DNA from: Octopus vulgaris
Taxonomy: Eukaryota
Assembly: GCA_951406725.2 (NCBI GenBank)
Contig: OX597817.1
Location: 48,608,001 to 48,672,000, forward strand
Length of the DNA: 64,000 nt
Reading direction: 5' to 3'
The first letter of the stretch is position 1, and each line of letters starts with the position of its first letter. The position numbers and the translations under genes were made by a program. The notes under the pieces were generated by a model. The model was given only the letters and a program-made list of their open reading frames with translations, had not been told where the DNA came from and made no database searches. Of this stretch, positions 51,361 through 64,000 are shown in pieces.

Positions 51361-53059
51361 GAACTTTTATTTTTGTCGAAGGCACTCGAGCCCTGTGCTA
51401 GTAGGGTGTTAAGAGCACCATCCGAGCATGATCATTGCCAGAGCGGCTATCTGGCCTCCGTGCCGGTGGTACGTAAAAGACACCATCCAAGCGTGATCAT
51501 TACCAGCATCGCCTTACTGGCACCTGTGCTGGTGGCATGTGTAAAAGATTCGAGCGAGGTCATTGCCAGTACCGCCTGACTGGCCCCATACTGGTGGTAC
51601 GTAAAAGCACCCACTACACTCTTGGAGTGGTTGGTGTTAGGAAGGGCATCAAGCTGTAGAAACTCTGCCAGTTCAAGAGCCTGGTGTAGCCATCTGGTTT
51701 GCCAGCCCTCAGTTAAATTGTCCAACCCATGCTAGCATGAAAAGCGGATGTTAAACGATGATGATGATGATGACGATGAGACATATTATTATACACTGAA
51801 TAGATGTTTTGGGGAAACTTGAAATTTGTGATTTACAAATGTTGATTTTGAATCATCCTCATCAACGTTTAATTTTCACTTTCCATACTTGTGTGTCGCA
51901 GATTTTTTATGGGTGAGTGTCCTTCCATTGTAAGCTCTCTCCTGTTTCCCAGCAAGATAATATTTTCCCATAGCTGGACATGTTTTTTTTTTGCAGGAGA
52001 TTGGAAACATCTTTGCTTATATAACAGTTAAGATCATTTACAACCATCATATGATGCCTAGACAAGGATACACACACACACGATGGACTTCTTTCAGTTT
52101 GCACCCAACCAAATCCACTCACATGGCTTTGGTTGACCCCGGGCTATAGTAGTCACTTGCTCAGTAGGAGTGAATCTGTGACTACATGGTTGTGAAGTAA
52201 GCTACTTAAATACAACGAAGCCCACATCTTAATCATGGGGTAATTATAAGGGACTTTAAGTAAGTCAGGCTTTTAGGAGGAAGGCTTTTAATGAGGGCCC
52301 AAAACATTTCCTTGCTTGAGCATAAAGCCAAAGAGGAAATTTACAGACACATTCCACCCATCTCTTATTGTTGCTCGATGCCGTGTAGGCTTTGTTTATT
52401 ACTGCTGTCTTGCTGAACATCAGGTCATATTGCATGTTATATTTTGGTAGGTGGAGGTGCAGTGGCCCAGTGGTTAGGGCAGCAGACTCACAGTCGTAGG
52501 ATTGCAGTTTTGATTCCCAGACCGGGTGTTGTGAGTGTTTATTGAGCGAAAACACCTAAAGCTCCATGAGGCTCCAGCAGGGGGTAGTGGCAATCCCTGT
52601 TGTACTCTTTCACCACAACTTTCTCTCACTCTTTCTTCTTCTCACTTAGCCAGCCGGGTGGCATCATTTGAAGGCTAAAACAATGTGAAGCGCATTGTGA
52701 CCAGCGATGTGTGGCGACATCTGATAGCCTGGTTGGTCACGGTGATTACAGTGATAGTTTGGTAGCTTCAGCACCCGAATAGTAGATGTAAACATCACTC
52801 AGCTACATTGAGGTTATTAGTAGGGACATACAATATGAAATTGAGGATTTACCGAGACTAATAAGAAACAGAAATTCCTTGTACTGCATGGTAAAAACCC
52901 CTCTTGGTTAAAGCTCAAAGGAATGTTGAGGGCAAAATAAAATTCTTAATTGAAATCTTAAAAGTTGGAAAGTAGATGAAAAACGTTGCAATTGTTAGCA
53001 TCTACCACAGAAAAGGGGAGATAATTTTATGAAATTAAGAATTTAATTTTACAAGTTAA

Positions 53060-53445
53060 CTAGCAGTATCGCCTGGCGTTGCTCGGGTTTGTTTCAACAC
53101 TTTAGATTTGGAATTTTTGAAAAGTAAAAATTTTGTATTATGTAGCTTGTTATTTTCTGTGAACATTTTTCTGGTTGAAATACACCAAAAAATGGCGACA
53201 CAGCAGTAAAAAAAATCGTAAAAAATAGGAATTTTCATAGAAAAAAAGCGCCATTTTGATGTAAATAATTTTTGGTGTTAACATGGTCCGATTTAATTTT
53301 TTTTCTTCTACGGAAGGAAGAGCAAGCCTTCTTCTATCATACTCTCAATTTTGGTCAACTTGCGCCGCAGTGTCTCGGAGGAGATAGTGTTAGTTGAAGG
53401 CTGCCAAACCTGACACACACAGACAACTTCAGTTTTATATACATA
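53060..53445 (-). mobile_element. Non-autonomous Helitron-like element (same family as 32065-32460)
   Basis: Minus strand reads CCCGAGCAACGCCAGG hairpin then CGATACTGCTAG terminus. Confidence 0.72.
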
Positions 53446-53818
53446 CTAGCAGTATTGCCCGGCGTTGCTCAGGTTTGTAAGGGAAATAACTATAAAGCAT
53501 TTTTAGAGAGTTATAGCCAAAAAAATGGAAAAAATGATGGTAAATTTTTTTTGAGAGTTAAAAAAGGTCGAGTTGCGTCCCCTAGACCATCTGTGGTTTG
53601 TGTTTCTGATTCTCGACCCCATGTCGAATTTATCGATTTTTTTCAGAACTGGGGGAACTTTTCGAAATTTTCGCTGCGTTAGTTTTGAATTATGACATTG
53701 GGCTATGTGTGTGTCAAGTTTCATCAGAATCGGTTGAAAGCCGTGGTCAAGGTGAGGGTACAACCTAACAGACACACAGAAACACACACAGACAAACTGC
53801 CGTTTATATAGAGAGAGA
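53446..53818 (-). mobile_element. Second, tandem Helitron-like element with the same 3' end and a different body
   Basis: Same hairpin + CTAG end. The minus-strand 5' end TCTCTCTATATAAACGGCAG..TCTGTGTG is typical of short Helitrons. Confidence 0.68.
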
Positions 53819-53971
53819 TAGAGATTGACATTCTCAAGGAAAGCACTGCTTGATAGATGCTTTTAGGCAAAAGAATAAAATGCAACATTGACGAGTATAG
53901 ATTGTAAGATTTTGCACAGAGCAATAAGTAATTCATTCTAGCATAAATTATAGTCTATATGAATATTAATA

Positions 53972-54827
53972 CAGGGTGTCCCAAAAGTCAATGATGGGTT
54001 TCAATTTTAAATAACTTCCTTAACTTTACAAATAAATGCATGAAATTTTGATACAATATAAAGGACATAATGGAAATTAATATGCACGAGTCAAATTTTA
54101 AAACACTACTACATCACTTATGAAAAATGACATCGCTTAAATGCAGCCATTTTCGGCTTTGCATGCCCATGCACTTTCCAAAACTTGCACCCTAACACCC
54201 TCAAGAGTTTCAGACCCCACTTCTCTGATTTCTCTGTTGATGTTCTCTTTCAGTTGCACCAAGGTCTCCAGTTTGTTAACGTAAATACTCTCTTTTAGGT
54301 ATCTATAATTGAGAACTTTTTGTGCCCGGCCATTCAAAGTAGACTTCACACATGGCTCCAACAAGATGGGGCAACTGCTCATACCGCAAGGGAAACAATG
54401 CAGTTGCTATGGCAGTGCTTTGGAGAGAGAATAATCTCCTGCTACGGTAATGTCAACTGGCCTTCACATTCCCTTACTTGACTAGCCTGAATTTTCTCTT
54501 ATGGAGATATCCGAAAGAGAGGGTTTACATCAACAAACCGGAGACCTTGGAGCAACTGAAGGAGAACATCAACAGAGAAGTGGGGTCTGAAACTCTTGAG
54601 GGTGTTATGGTGCAAGTTTTGGAAAGTGCATGGTTGTGTGAAGACGAAAATGGCTGCTATTTAAGTGATAGAATTTTCCATGAGATGTAGTGGTGTTGTG
54701 AAATTTGACTTCTGCATATTAATTTCCATTATGTCCTTTATATTGTATCAAAATTCCGTATATTTATTTGCAAAATTAAGGAAATTACCAACAATTAAAA
54801 CCCATCAGTGACTTTTGGGACACCATG
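53972..54827. mobile_element. Foldback (palindromic) derivative of a Tc1/mariner-superfamily element built from two 3' ends
   Basis: TA-flanked CAGGGTGTCCCAAAAGTCA termini. Inverted arms of about 335 bp each encode KE.VY.NK.ETL.QLKENINRE. The central spacer has a QQDGATAHTA...WP remnant. Confidence 0.85.
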
Positions 54828-55797
54828 TACTTGCACTTAGAGTCGGTCATCATCATTGTTTAAATGTCAACTTATCCATGCTTGGATGGAATGAAATGAG
54901 GCAGATTTAATACAGCTGGATACCCTTCCTGTCACCAACCATCACCTGTACCCAAGCAAGGTAATATTTCCCATGGCTAGATTTGTTTCAGAATATTGGA
55001 AATATATGACACAATGACTGACACTTTATTTACAAATATGTGATGTCAAAAGAAGGAGAGACACATATACATGACAGGCTTCTTTCAGTTTCTATCCACC
55101 AAATTTCCTTATCAGGAATTGGTTGGTCTGTGGCTATAGAAGGCATTTCTCAAAATGTGACACAGTGGCACTATACAGTTAGGAAACAAACCTCTCAGTT
55201 ACACAGCCATATCTCTGCTAATATCAATATTTAGAACATAGTGCCGCCTTGACTGGCTTCCGTGTAGGTGGCACGTAAAAACCACCAACCGATCGTGGCC
55301 GTTGCCAGCCTCCCCTGGCACCTGTGCTGGTGGCTCGTAAAAAAGCACCACTACACTCACGGAGTGGTTGGCGTTAGGAAGGGCATCCAGCTGTAGAAAC
55401 TTTGCCAGATCAGACTGGAGCCTGGTGCAGCCTCCTGGCTTCCCAGACCCCAGTCAAACCGTCCAACCCATGCTAGCATGGAAAACGGACGTTAAACGAT
55501 AATGTTGATGATGATGATGATGATGTCCAATCTACTCTAATTTCACTTTTCTTACTGCCAGCCATCACTCTCTCTTTCCTCCGGGCCTCATCTTTTGTCA
55601 CTCACCACCTTACTCCAATATATAATTATAATTTGGAGGAGTTGAGTCAAGCTGTTATTAAATACACATAACTCCAAACAAATTGTGTTGAATGCTACAT
55701 TCTTTTGTATTTTCCACCTGTATCATCATCATCATCATTTAACATCCGTTTTCCATGCTGACATGTGTTGGATAGTTTGACAGGATTTCCACATATA

Positions 55798-57474
55798 CCA
55801 GGTCATCCCATAAGTTATGTCCAAATTTTGGGTAAGGGAAAAGTGATCTAATTTTACATTTTTATTAAAATTTAACCCTACATATAATTCCCATCATTAT
55901 TGATGACTTCCTTCTACTCACCAGTTTTTAAATTCCATTGGTGAAAAATTCTTCTGTTTTGCTGAGAAGGAAGAGAAGTTAAAACAGAGGTCAGTTTTGA
56001 CCTCTTTCGGGAGTTTTGAAAAAATGGTTATCAGAAGGAGTGAGGTCCAAGGAATAAGGTGGGTGAGGGATGTTTTCCTAACCAAGTTCTTTGATTTTTT
56101 TTCTGATGTAATCTTTGCAGTATGAGGCCTTACAATATCATAATGAAGCCCCACTCACTTACAATTCACCAAAGCAGACTTTTTTTTATTCAAAGCAACA
56201 TCCAAATGCTCTAATTGTTGGCAATAGGTGTGGGCAGTAAAAGGCGGCGAGCTGGCAGAATCGTTAGCACACTGGGCGAAATGCTTAGAGGTATTTCACC
56301 TGTCGCTACGTTCTGAGTTCAAATTCCGCCGAGGTCGACTTTGCCTTTCATCCTTTCGGGGTCGATAAATTAAGCACATTACGCACTGGGGTCGATGTAA
56401 TTGACTTAATCCATCTGTCTGTCCTTGTTTGTCTCCTCTGTGTTTAGCCCCTTGTGGATAGGTGTGGGCAGTAATTGTTGCATTAGTTGGTAGCAGCTTA
56501 AAGTGGATGACTCTAGCGCAATCTCACCAAACAAAGAACTTCTTTGCATGAAGGTCTTTTTTGCTTTGTGGTTTAGCCTGTTCTCCACAACTAAGCCATT
56601 GCTTAACATTATAATTAAAAATACATTTTTTCATCACCACTAATTTGTCCAAAAATGGCAAGATACGCTCACAAGAAGGAAGAAATGAACAGATGTCCAC
56701 TTGTGATTTTCAGTTGTTTTCTGTCAAATCATTGGGAACCCATTTTCTGAGTTTGGGCACCTTTCCAATCTGTCGAAGATGGTTGTTGTTGTTGTTGTTA
56801 AGCAACAAGACGGGTAAGGGTGATTAGGTGATGGTGTTGGGCTTAGGGGTGGGAGGCCCCAGACCTTGGAAAAAAATACTTTGGTCGTCTTGTTGTAGTC
56901 GAGGGCTCTTCGTTGATGCCCGACACCACTGGGAGGTGGCCCTCGATGACGCTGGAAATGAAGGTCCAAATTCTTGAATGGCTGAAGATGGTGGTGAAAA
57001 GTTGAATGGCTTGAATTGAACTTGCTTGCCAATTCTTTAACTGATACAGCATTATCCTTCTCAAGTTCTGACAAAAGAAGCTCATCATCAAATTCAACAG
57101 GGCATCCTATTCTTGGCCCCTTTATGAAATCACTATTTTGTACTTGCAAACCTCTTCTGCAACTTCTTTTGTTCAAGCACTCTTCCCCATAAACACAATG
57201 GATATTTTGAGTTGCTTCTGCTGCATTGCTTCCCTTTTTGAACTCATAAAGCATTATCTGCCTTAAATGCTCCTTTGATACATCCATTTTTGAGTGGGGG
57301 TTGATATTAATAATTAATGTAGTCAGATTATTCTTTCAAAAAATAAAAATTATATTAAATTAAAGGTTTCCAAATTAATGAGTATCAATCAATACCATTT
57401 TACATTTTAGAATACTGCAAAATTTGTTAGAAATTACATATGAAATTTTGGATATTATTTATGGGATGACCTGA
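55798..57474 (-). mobile_element. Decayed mariner element with both TIRs and two nested insertions
   Basis: TIRs (T/C)CAGGTCATCCCATAA with TA flanks. MDVSKEHLRQIMLYEFKKGSNAAEA... from 57287, and LHYDIVRPHTA (degenerate HDNARPH) near 56140. Confidence 0.88.
56241..56457 (+). mobile_element. tRNA-derived SINE (family B) inserted in the mariner with a 17-bp TSD
   Basis: ATAGGTGTGGGCAGTAA is duplicated at 56224-56240 and 56458-56474. Body contains GCCGAGGTCGACTTTGCCTTTCATCCTTTCGGGGTCGATAAA. Confidence 0.9.
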
Positions 57475-57504
57475 TATATATATATAAATATATATGGAGG
57501 CATA

Positions 57505-57715
57505 GTGGCTGAGTTCCTTTTGAGCAAAGGGCCTGATAGAGAAAAAGTGGCTCAGTTTCTTTCAAGTATTGAGCCTAATGGAGGCAAAGTTGCTGAATTC
57601 GTTTTGAGTGTTGGGCCTCACAGAGGTGGGGTGGCTGAGTTTATTTTGAATGTTGGGCCTCATCAAGGCAAAGTGGCCAAGTTCCTTCAAGTGTTGGACC
57701 TCACAGAGGCAATGA
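57505..57715 (+). repeat. 42-bp minisatellite (5 units) at the 5' end of an RTE fragment
   Basis: Units start with GTGGCT/GTTGCT/GTGGCC at 57505, 57547, 57589, 57631 and 57673. Confidence 0.8.
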
Positions 57716-57985
57716 CTTAAGCCTTTGGCATTATGTTGTGCTTAAGAAGAAGACCCATGAAGCAAAATCGCAATTGTGGCAGATACTGGTGTCATGCAAA
57801 CGGCACCCATACCTGTGGCACATAAAAGCACCCTTTACACTCTCAGAGTGGCTGGCATTAGGAAGGGCATACAGCTGTAGAAAACCATGCCAAATCAGAC
57901 TAGAGCCTGGTGCAGCCTTCCAGCATGCCAGCCAGTCAAACTGTCCAACCCATGCCAGCAGAGACACCGGACATTAAAATGATGA

Positions 57986-58031
<46 letters not shown>

Positions 58032-58282
58032 CAAATAAGAAAATGGAGAAACAAAATTAGTTTGTTCATCAACTTTCGGATATTATAATGTTAGATTATT
58101 TATTCCTTTAACAAAATGAGAACATCAATAGCATACATATATATCTTATAATTCAATACATATAAGATATAAGATAAGAATACAAATTAAAACAGTCATA
58201 ATATACATTAATAAATCGTTAAAATCACTCCTTACAGCTGTTTCAGCCTATGGCTAAAAGTAGCTAATTTTATTTTCATTGC

Positions 58283-58313
<31 letters not shown>

Positions 58314-59357
58314 GGAATGTGTACACTTATGAGTGTCATATATATGACATGCATAAAATGTGTACACATGCATACATATATATTATCATCATTTTAGGTT
58401 TTCTTTCCATGCTGGCATAGGCTGGGCAGGTTGTCACAACCCAAGCGATTTCTTATTGGGAGCTGCTGCTCTCATAGTTACTGCTTTCAGGAACTGTTTT
58501 AGTTTCTACTGCTAGATGTCTTTACCCTCCTCAACTATCTTACAGAGTGTATGGGTGCATTTTGTGAATGCTAGAGAGGTTGGTAGGTCCTTGGGAAGAC
58601 AAGACAAAGAGACCTCGCAACCGTAAGCTTTCTCTGCTCATCTATCATCCACTTCATGCTGTGTACTCTTTCTCTTTTACCTGTTTCAGTCATTTGACTG
58701 CGACCATGCTGGAGCACCACCTTTAGTCGAGCAAATTGACTCCAGGACTTATTCTGTGTAAGCCTAGTACTTGTTATATCAGTCTCTTTTGCTGAACCGC
58801 TAAGTTACGGGGATGTAAACACACTAGGATCAGTTGTCAAGCGATGCTGGTGGGTGACAAAATCAGACACACAAACATATACACAGACATACATATATAC
58901 GATGGGCTTCTTTCAGTTTCTGTCTATCAAATCCATTCACAAGGCTTTGGTCAGCCTGAGGCTATAGTAGAAGACACTTGCCCAAGGTGCCACGCAGTGG
59001 GACTGAACCCGGAAGCATGTGGTTGGTAAAAAAGCTACTTACCACACAGCCACACATGCGGTACATTTTTCATGGCATCAGCACTAGAGAGCCTTCCTCA
59101 CTAACCACTCTTTAGAGCGTAGGGAAGGCCTTTCAACTGTGGCACTAGCTTAGGGGTTGCATACAGTAAATGCAGAATGTACTCAGTAACCAGTCACTGC
59201 AGGTATGGTGATTTGATAAGAAGTTTGCTTCCCAACCACAGTTTTCTTGGTTCAGTCCCACTGCATGGCACCTTTCGAAAGTGTCTTTTGTTATAGCCCC
59301 GGGCTGACCAAAACCATGCAAGTGGATTTGGCTGATGGAAACTAAAAGAAGCCCATT

Positions 59358-59404
<47 letters not shown>

Positions 59405-60330
59405 TGTGTCTGTGTTTGTCCCTCATCACTGCTTGACAACCGGTGTTGGTTTGTTTACGTCCTTATAATCAGCAAAAAGGAACCGATAAAATAAGTACCT
59501 GGCTTTAAAAAAAGTACTGGGGTTGATTCAGTCAACTAAAAAATTCTTCAAGATGGTGCCCCAGCATTGCCGCAGTCATCCTTGCTTCTTCCACCTGTCG
59601 TTTCTGATCTTTCTGTTGTCATCTTGCTCTCTCACTTTCTCTCTCTCTTTCTCCTCGACCATTTGAATGGATATTGCACATCTTTGGTTACTTATAAATT
59701 CGTAGTTCAGCAAAAGAGACTGATAGAATAAGAACCAGGCTTTAAAATTAAGCAGTGGGGTTGGTTTGTTTGACTAAACCCTTTAAGGTAGTGCCCGAGC
59801 AAGGACTGAAACAAATAAGATCAAAGTCATCTCTGTCACTCTTTCCTACTCAAGGCACAAGGCCCGAAAGTTTTGGAGAGGGGGCCAGTCCATTAGATCG
59901 ACCCCAGTACACAACGGGTACTTAATTTATCGATTCCCGAAAGGATGATTCGCAAAGTCGACCACGGCGGAATTTGAACTCAGAACGTAAAGACATACAA
60001 AATACTACTAAGCAGTTCCTCTGGCGCGCTTACGTTTCTTATTTCTTTATTGCCCACAAGGAGCTAAATATAGAGGGGGCAAAGAAGGACAGACAAAGGG
60101 ATTAAGTCGATTACATCGACCCCAGTGCTTACCAGTGCGTAACTGGTACTTAATTTATTGACCCCGAAAGGATGAAAGGCAAAGTCGACCTCGGCAGAAT
60201 TTGAACTCAGAACGTAAAGACGGACGGAATACCGCAAAGCATTTCGCCCGGCGTGCTGACGTTTCTGCCAGCTCACCGCCTTTTCTCTGTCAATCTTGCC
60301 CTTAACTCAAGCTATTCAGTACACCCCAAC

Positions 60331-60823
60331 CAGCGCTGGATTAACCATTAAGCAAAATAAGCACAAGCTTAGAGCATCAAGGGAAGAGCGAGGGCACCGC
60401 AGAAATGGTGAATGGCTTACGGCACGAAAGAAATCACTTTAAACTTGCTAAAATAATATTCGGGATGCTAAGGGCGGCGAGCTAGCAGAATCGTTAGCAC
60501 CCCGGGCGAGATGCTTAGCGGTATTTCATCTGTCTTTACGTTCTGAGTTCAAATTCTGCCGAGGTCAATTTTACTTTTCATCCTTTCGGGGTCGATAAAT
60601 TAAGTAGCAGCTGCGTACTGGGGTCGATGTAATCGATTGGCCCTCTTCCCCAAAATTTCGGTTCTTGTGCCTAGAGTGGAAAAGAATATTCGGGATGCTT
60701 TATCTCTACAAATTACAGAAGCAAATGTGTTATATAAGATCATTTTTTCTTTGATCTGATCAAAAAACTTTGAATTGAAAATGCCGGGGAGAACCTTTCA
60801 AATATAAATAAAGTGAAAGTATG

Positions 60824-60918
<95 letters not shown>

Positions 60919-61071
60919 CATAGGAGTGGTAATTAGCTTGCTTACGAACCACATGGTTCCAGGTTCAGTCCCACTGCGTGGCACTTTGGGCAAGTGTCTT
61001 CTACTATAGCCTCGGGCCGACCAAAGCCTTGTGAGTGGATTTGGTTTACGGAAACTGAAAGAATCCCGTCG

Positions 61072-61105
<34 letters not shown>

Positions 61106-61485
61106 TGTATGTATGTATGTATATATGTATGTGTATGTGTGTGTCTATGTTTGTCCCCCCAACATCGTTTGACAACCGATGCTGGTGTGTTTATGTCCCC
61201 GTAACTTAGCGGTTCGCCAAAAGAGACTAAGTACTAGGCTTACAAAGAATAAGTCCTGGGGTCGATTTGCTCGACTAAAGGCCACAGTCAAATGACTGAA
61301 ACAAGTAAAAGAGTAAGAGAGTAAAAATAAACATTATTTTCCATCTTACTGTTAGTTTTATTTCATTTTGAAAAAACCCCAAAATTTTACGGTTTATCAT
61401 TGTTTATATTTTAAGTTACATGTATATAAGGGGCCCCCAAATCTTCCAAATGCTTAGAGCCTCTATGGGACTTAATACGGCCCTG
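60331..61485. mobile_element. Possible hAT-like MITE carrying two nested SINEs
   Basis: Left CAGCGCTGGATTAA versus right TTAATACGGCCCTG. Flanks caccccaac / cgccccagt are only partly duplicated. Confidence 0.4.
60826..60916. repeat. (TA)n microsatellite
   Basis: About 90 bp of perfect TA repeat. Confidence 0.97.
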
Positions 61486-62534
61486 CGCCCCAGTCACGTC
61501 TTTCCATATATATCTCCTTTCATTTATACTCTGTTTTTAGAACTTTGATCATCATAATCTTTTCTTTTAAAAGATTGCATATCCACCAAGAACATCTCTT
61601 CTGTTTTTGCTTTCGACTTAATAATCATTCTGAAAGAGTTGAAGCCAAGCAACGAAGGCGTTAGCTTTATTCTGTTATCTCAGTAATGTCTATGAGCATT
61701 GCTTTCTCCCAAAGTAACTAAAGGAGAAAAACCCTCTAAAATCCTGAAAAAAGCAACAGAAAAAAAAAGACGACTTGTAATTATTTTATGAGTTACAGGT
61801 CCATGGGATTAGTTTTTCAATGTATTAGATGCCATCGGAATATATTTATTGCTAGTGTCGTGACAATATCACGTGTATATACCTACCAGGAAATGATTAT
61901 AATTTTATTCCTCCATTAAAAAGTATAGTTTCATTAAAATATTTGGTACAGGAAAGCAAAAAAAGTAATTATTTTGATTGAATAAAGTAATGGTAATTTC
62001 TTTTTTGGTTGATGTGTTTAGAAATTTGATGCTGTTATTAAGGAGAAAGACGAATCTGACGGCGGGGTAGATATTATTTCAAGTTTCTCCATTTTGTTCA
62101 TACGATAAAACGTGACGATATCATTCAGTATTGGTAGTTAAAATTTATCAAATAACAGAGGGTAAACACTCAGTTTATTTTAGTATCGTGTGCGTTTTAG
62201 TTTTTCTTGCTTTTAAAATCTCATTTTAAGAGTAGGCGTCGATATGAAAGCTTTGAATGTCGCTATGAAATTGTTCATTTTATGCGTGTTATTCTGCTTA
62301 TTTTTTTGCGCAGTAATCTGCCTCAGTTTTCTCTATATATCTATGGAAGTTGAACATGTATAAATAAGTAATGTTACAGTTTAACTCTTAAAACGAATAA
62401 CGACTTTCCGTGACTAACTTCAATTGAAACGAATCCGTGTATGGACTTCTGTGCTGTATCTTTGTATGCATGTGTGCATGTATGTGCGTAAATCTGCTTC
62501 TTTGAGTGTGTATGTATGTATGTATGTATGTATG

Positions 62535-62565
<31 letters not shown>

Positions 62566-62697
62566 CGTATGTTTGCACTATATGCATACGCTTGCACGCG
62601 TGTTTCGTTGCAACAGTATATTCGTGTATGTGCATCCCTGTGGAAATGTAAAGCTCTCATTGATTTTTACGTGATACATGCGCAGACACTGGTTAAG

Positions 62698-62762
<65 letters not shown>

Positions 62763-62860
62763 TATTATTATTGTTACTATTATTATCATTGTTACTATTA
62801 TTATTAATATTATTACTATTATTATTATCATTATTATTATTATTATTACTACTATTACTA

Positions 62861-62922
<62 letters not shown>

Positions 62923-62938
62923 GTTGTTGTTGTTGTTG

Positions 62939-63024
<86 letters not shown>

Positions 63025-63043
63025 GTTATTATTATTATTATTG
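62698..63043. repeat. Long (ATT)n microsatellite with ACT/GTT variants
   Basis: About 345 bp of trinucleotide repeat. Source of the poly-I and poly-L ORFs. Confidence 0.97.
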
Positions 63044-64000
63044 CAGTTTTGAAAGCTAACAAACTAATTACAAACGAAGAACTATTGTGATGATAGCGAA
63101 ACATGAAAACAAACAAACAAGCAATAACGATACACAAAATAGAATATTGTCACGTTCTTAACTCTGACAAAAAATAAATATAAAATTAATATATATATAT
63201 ATATATATATAAAAAGAAAGATAACTTTTAGGTTTTTTTCACTGGAAAACAACTTTTTCCCCCTAACTTCGTTGTTATTTCTTATTCATGGAAATGATAA
63301 GAAATAAGAAACGTAAACACAATCTCGAAGTTTCAGAAACACTGGAATGGTTCTTTCTACAAGCTTTTATTTTTCCATTCGTTTTTCCCATTTTTTTCCC
63401 TACTTAAACGTGTTTATAATGATCCCTTGCCCAACAGAAGCGACAACACCAGTAGATTGTTGCTTCACAAATAATGCGCGACTGATCTCAATATGACAGA
63501 GACTCATACAATATTCACATGTCATGGCTTAAGGGAACTAATAAAGTATGGTCGAAAAATAGAACCTGTCCAAGCTGAGTTTCCACAAGGTTCTTTTCAA
63601 AACGAAATGTGTAAACTGAATTGGCCTGAAATTGTTTACGTCAGACATAAAGGGATATTATGTTAGCAATGCTAGGCATGTCCATATGCCTACGAAGCTT
63701 CATTGCAACCGCGTTTTAGGCTTTGGCTCCACTGCGTAAGTGTCTTCTACAATACCTATTTCTTTACTACCTACAAGGGGCTAAACACAGAGAGGACAAA
63801 CAAGGACACACAAACGGATTAAGTCGATTAGATCGACCCCAGAAATTGGTCCTTAATTTATCGACCCCGAAAGGATGAAAAGCCAAGTCGTCCTCGGCGG
63901 AATTTGAACTCGGTACGTAGCGGCAGACGAAATACCTATTTCTTTACTACCCACAAGGGGCTAAAGACAGAGAGGACAAACAAGGACAGAAAAACGGATT

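Noticed and set aside
62569-63137. Long poly-Ile / poly-Leu ORFs
   Set aside because: Translations of the (ATT)n microsatellite; no stop in two frames by construction.

Overview
AT-rich, intron-rich animal genomic DNA packed with SINEs, LINE fragments, DNA transposons and microsatellites. The repeat landscape resembles an octopus/cephalopod genome, which is an inference from memory of such repeats. The only host gene I can support is a + strand invertebrate claudin-superfamily gene (PMP22/claudin; Sinuous/Kune-kune/Megatrachea-like). It has two divergent paralogous first coding exons (1245-1515 and 19256-19511). Each encodes the N-terminus, TM1 and the W-GLW-C-x17-C first extracellular loop, and each ends in a phase-1 GTAAGT donor. 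Only one set of downstream exons is visible (28976-29128, 48290-48510), suggesting a variable-ECL1 / constant-C-terminus architecture giving 214-aa and 209-aa isoforms. The introns and 3' region carry several sequence-distinct minimal hammerhead-ribozyme-like motifs of the Penelope type, three of them in long palindromes, one joined to a tRNA-like head and one with a U3-A8-like core variant. Also present: a U6 snRNA retrocopy abutting a SINE, decayed Tc1/mariner, piggyBac and Helitron elements, a foldback transposon derivative, and RTE, CR1-like and R4-like LINE remnants. Most ORFs in the supplied track are repeat-derived artefacts.
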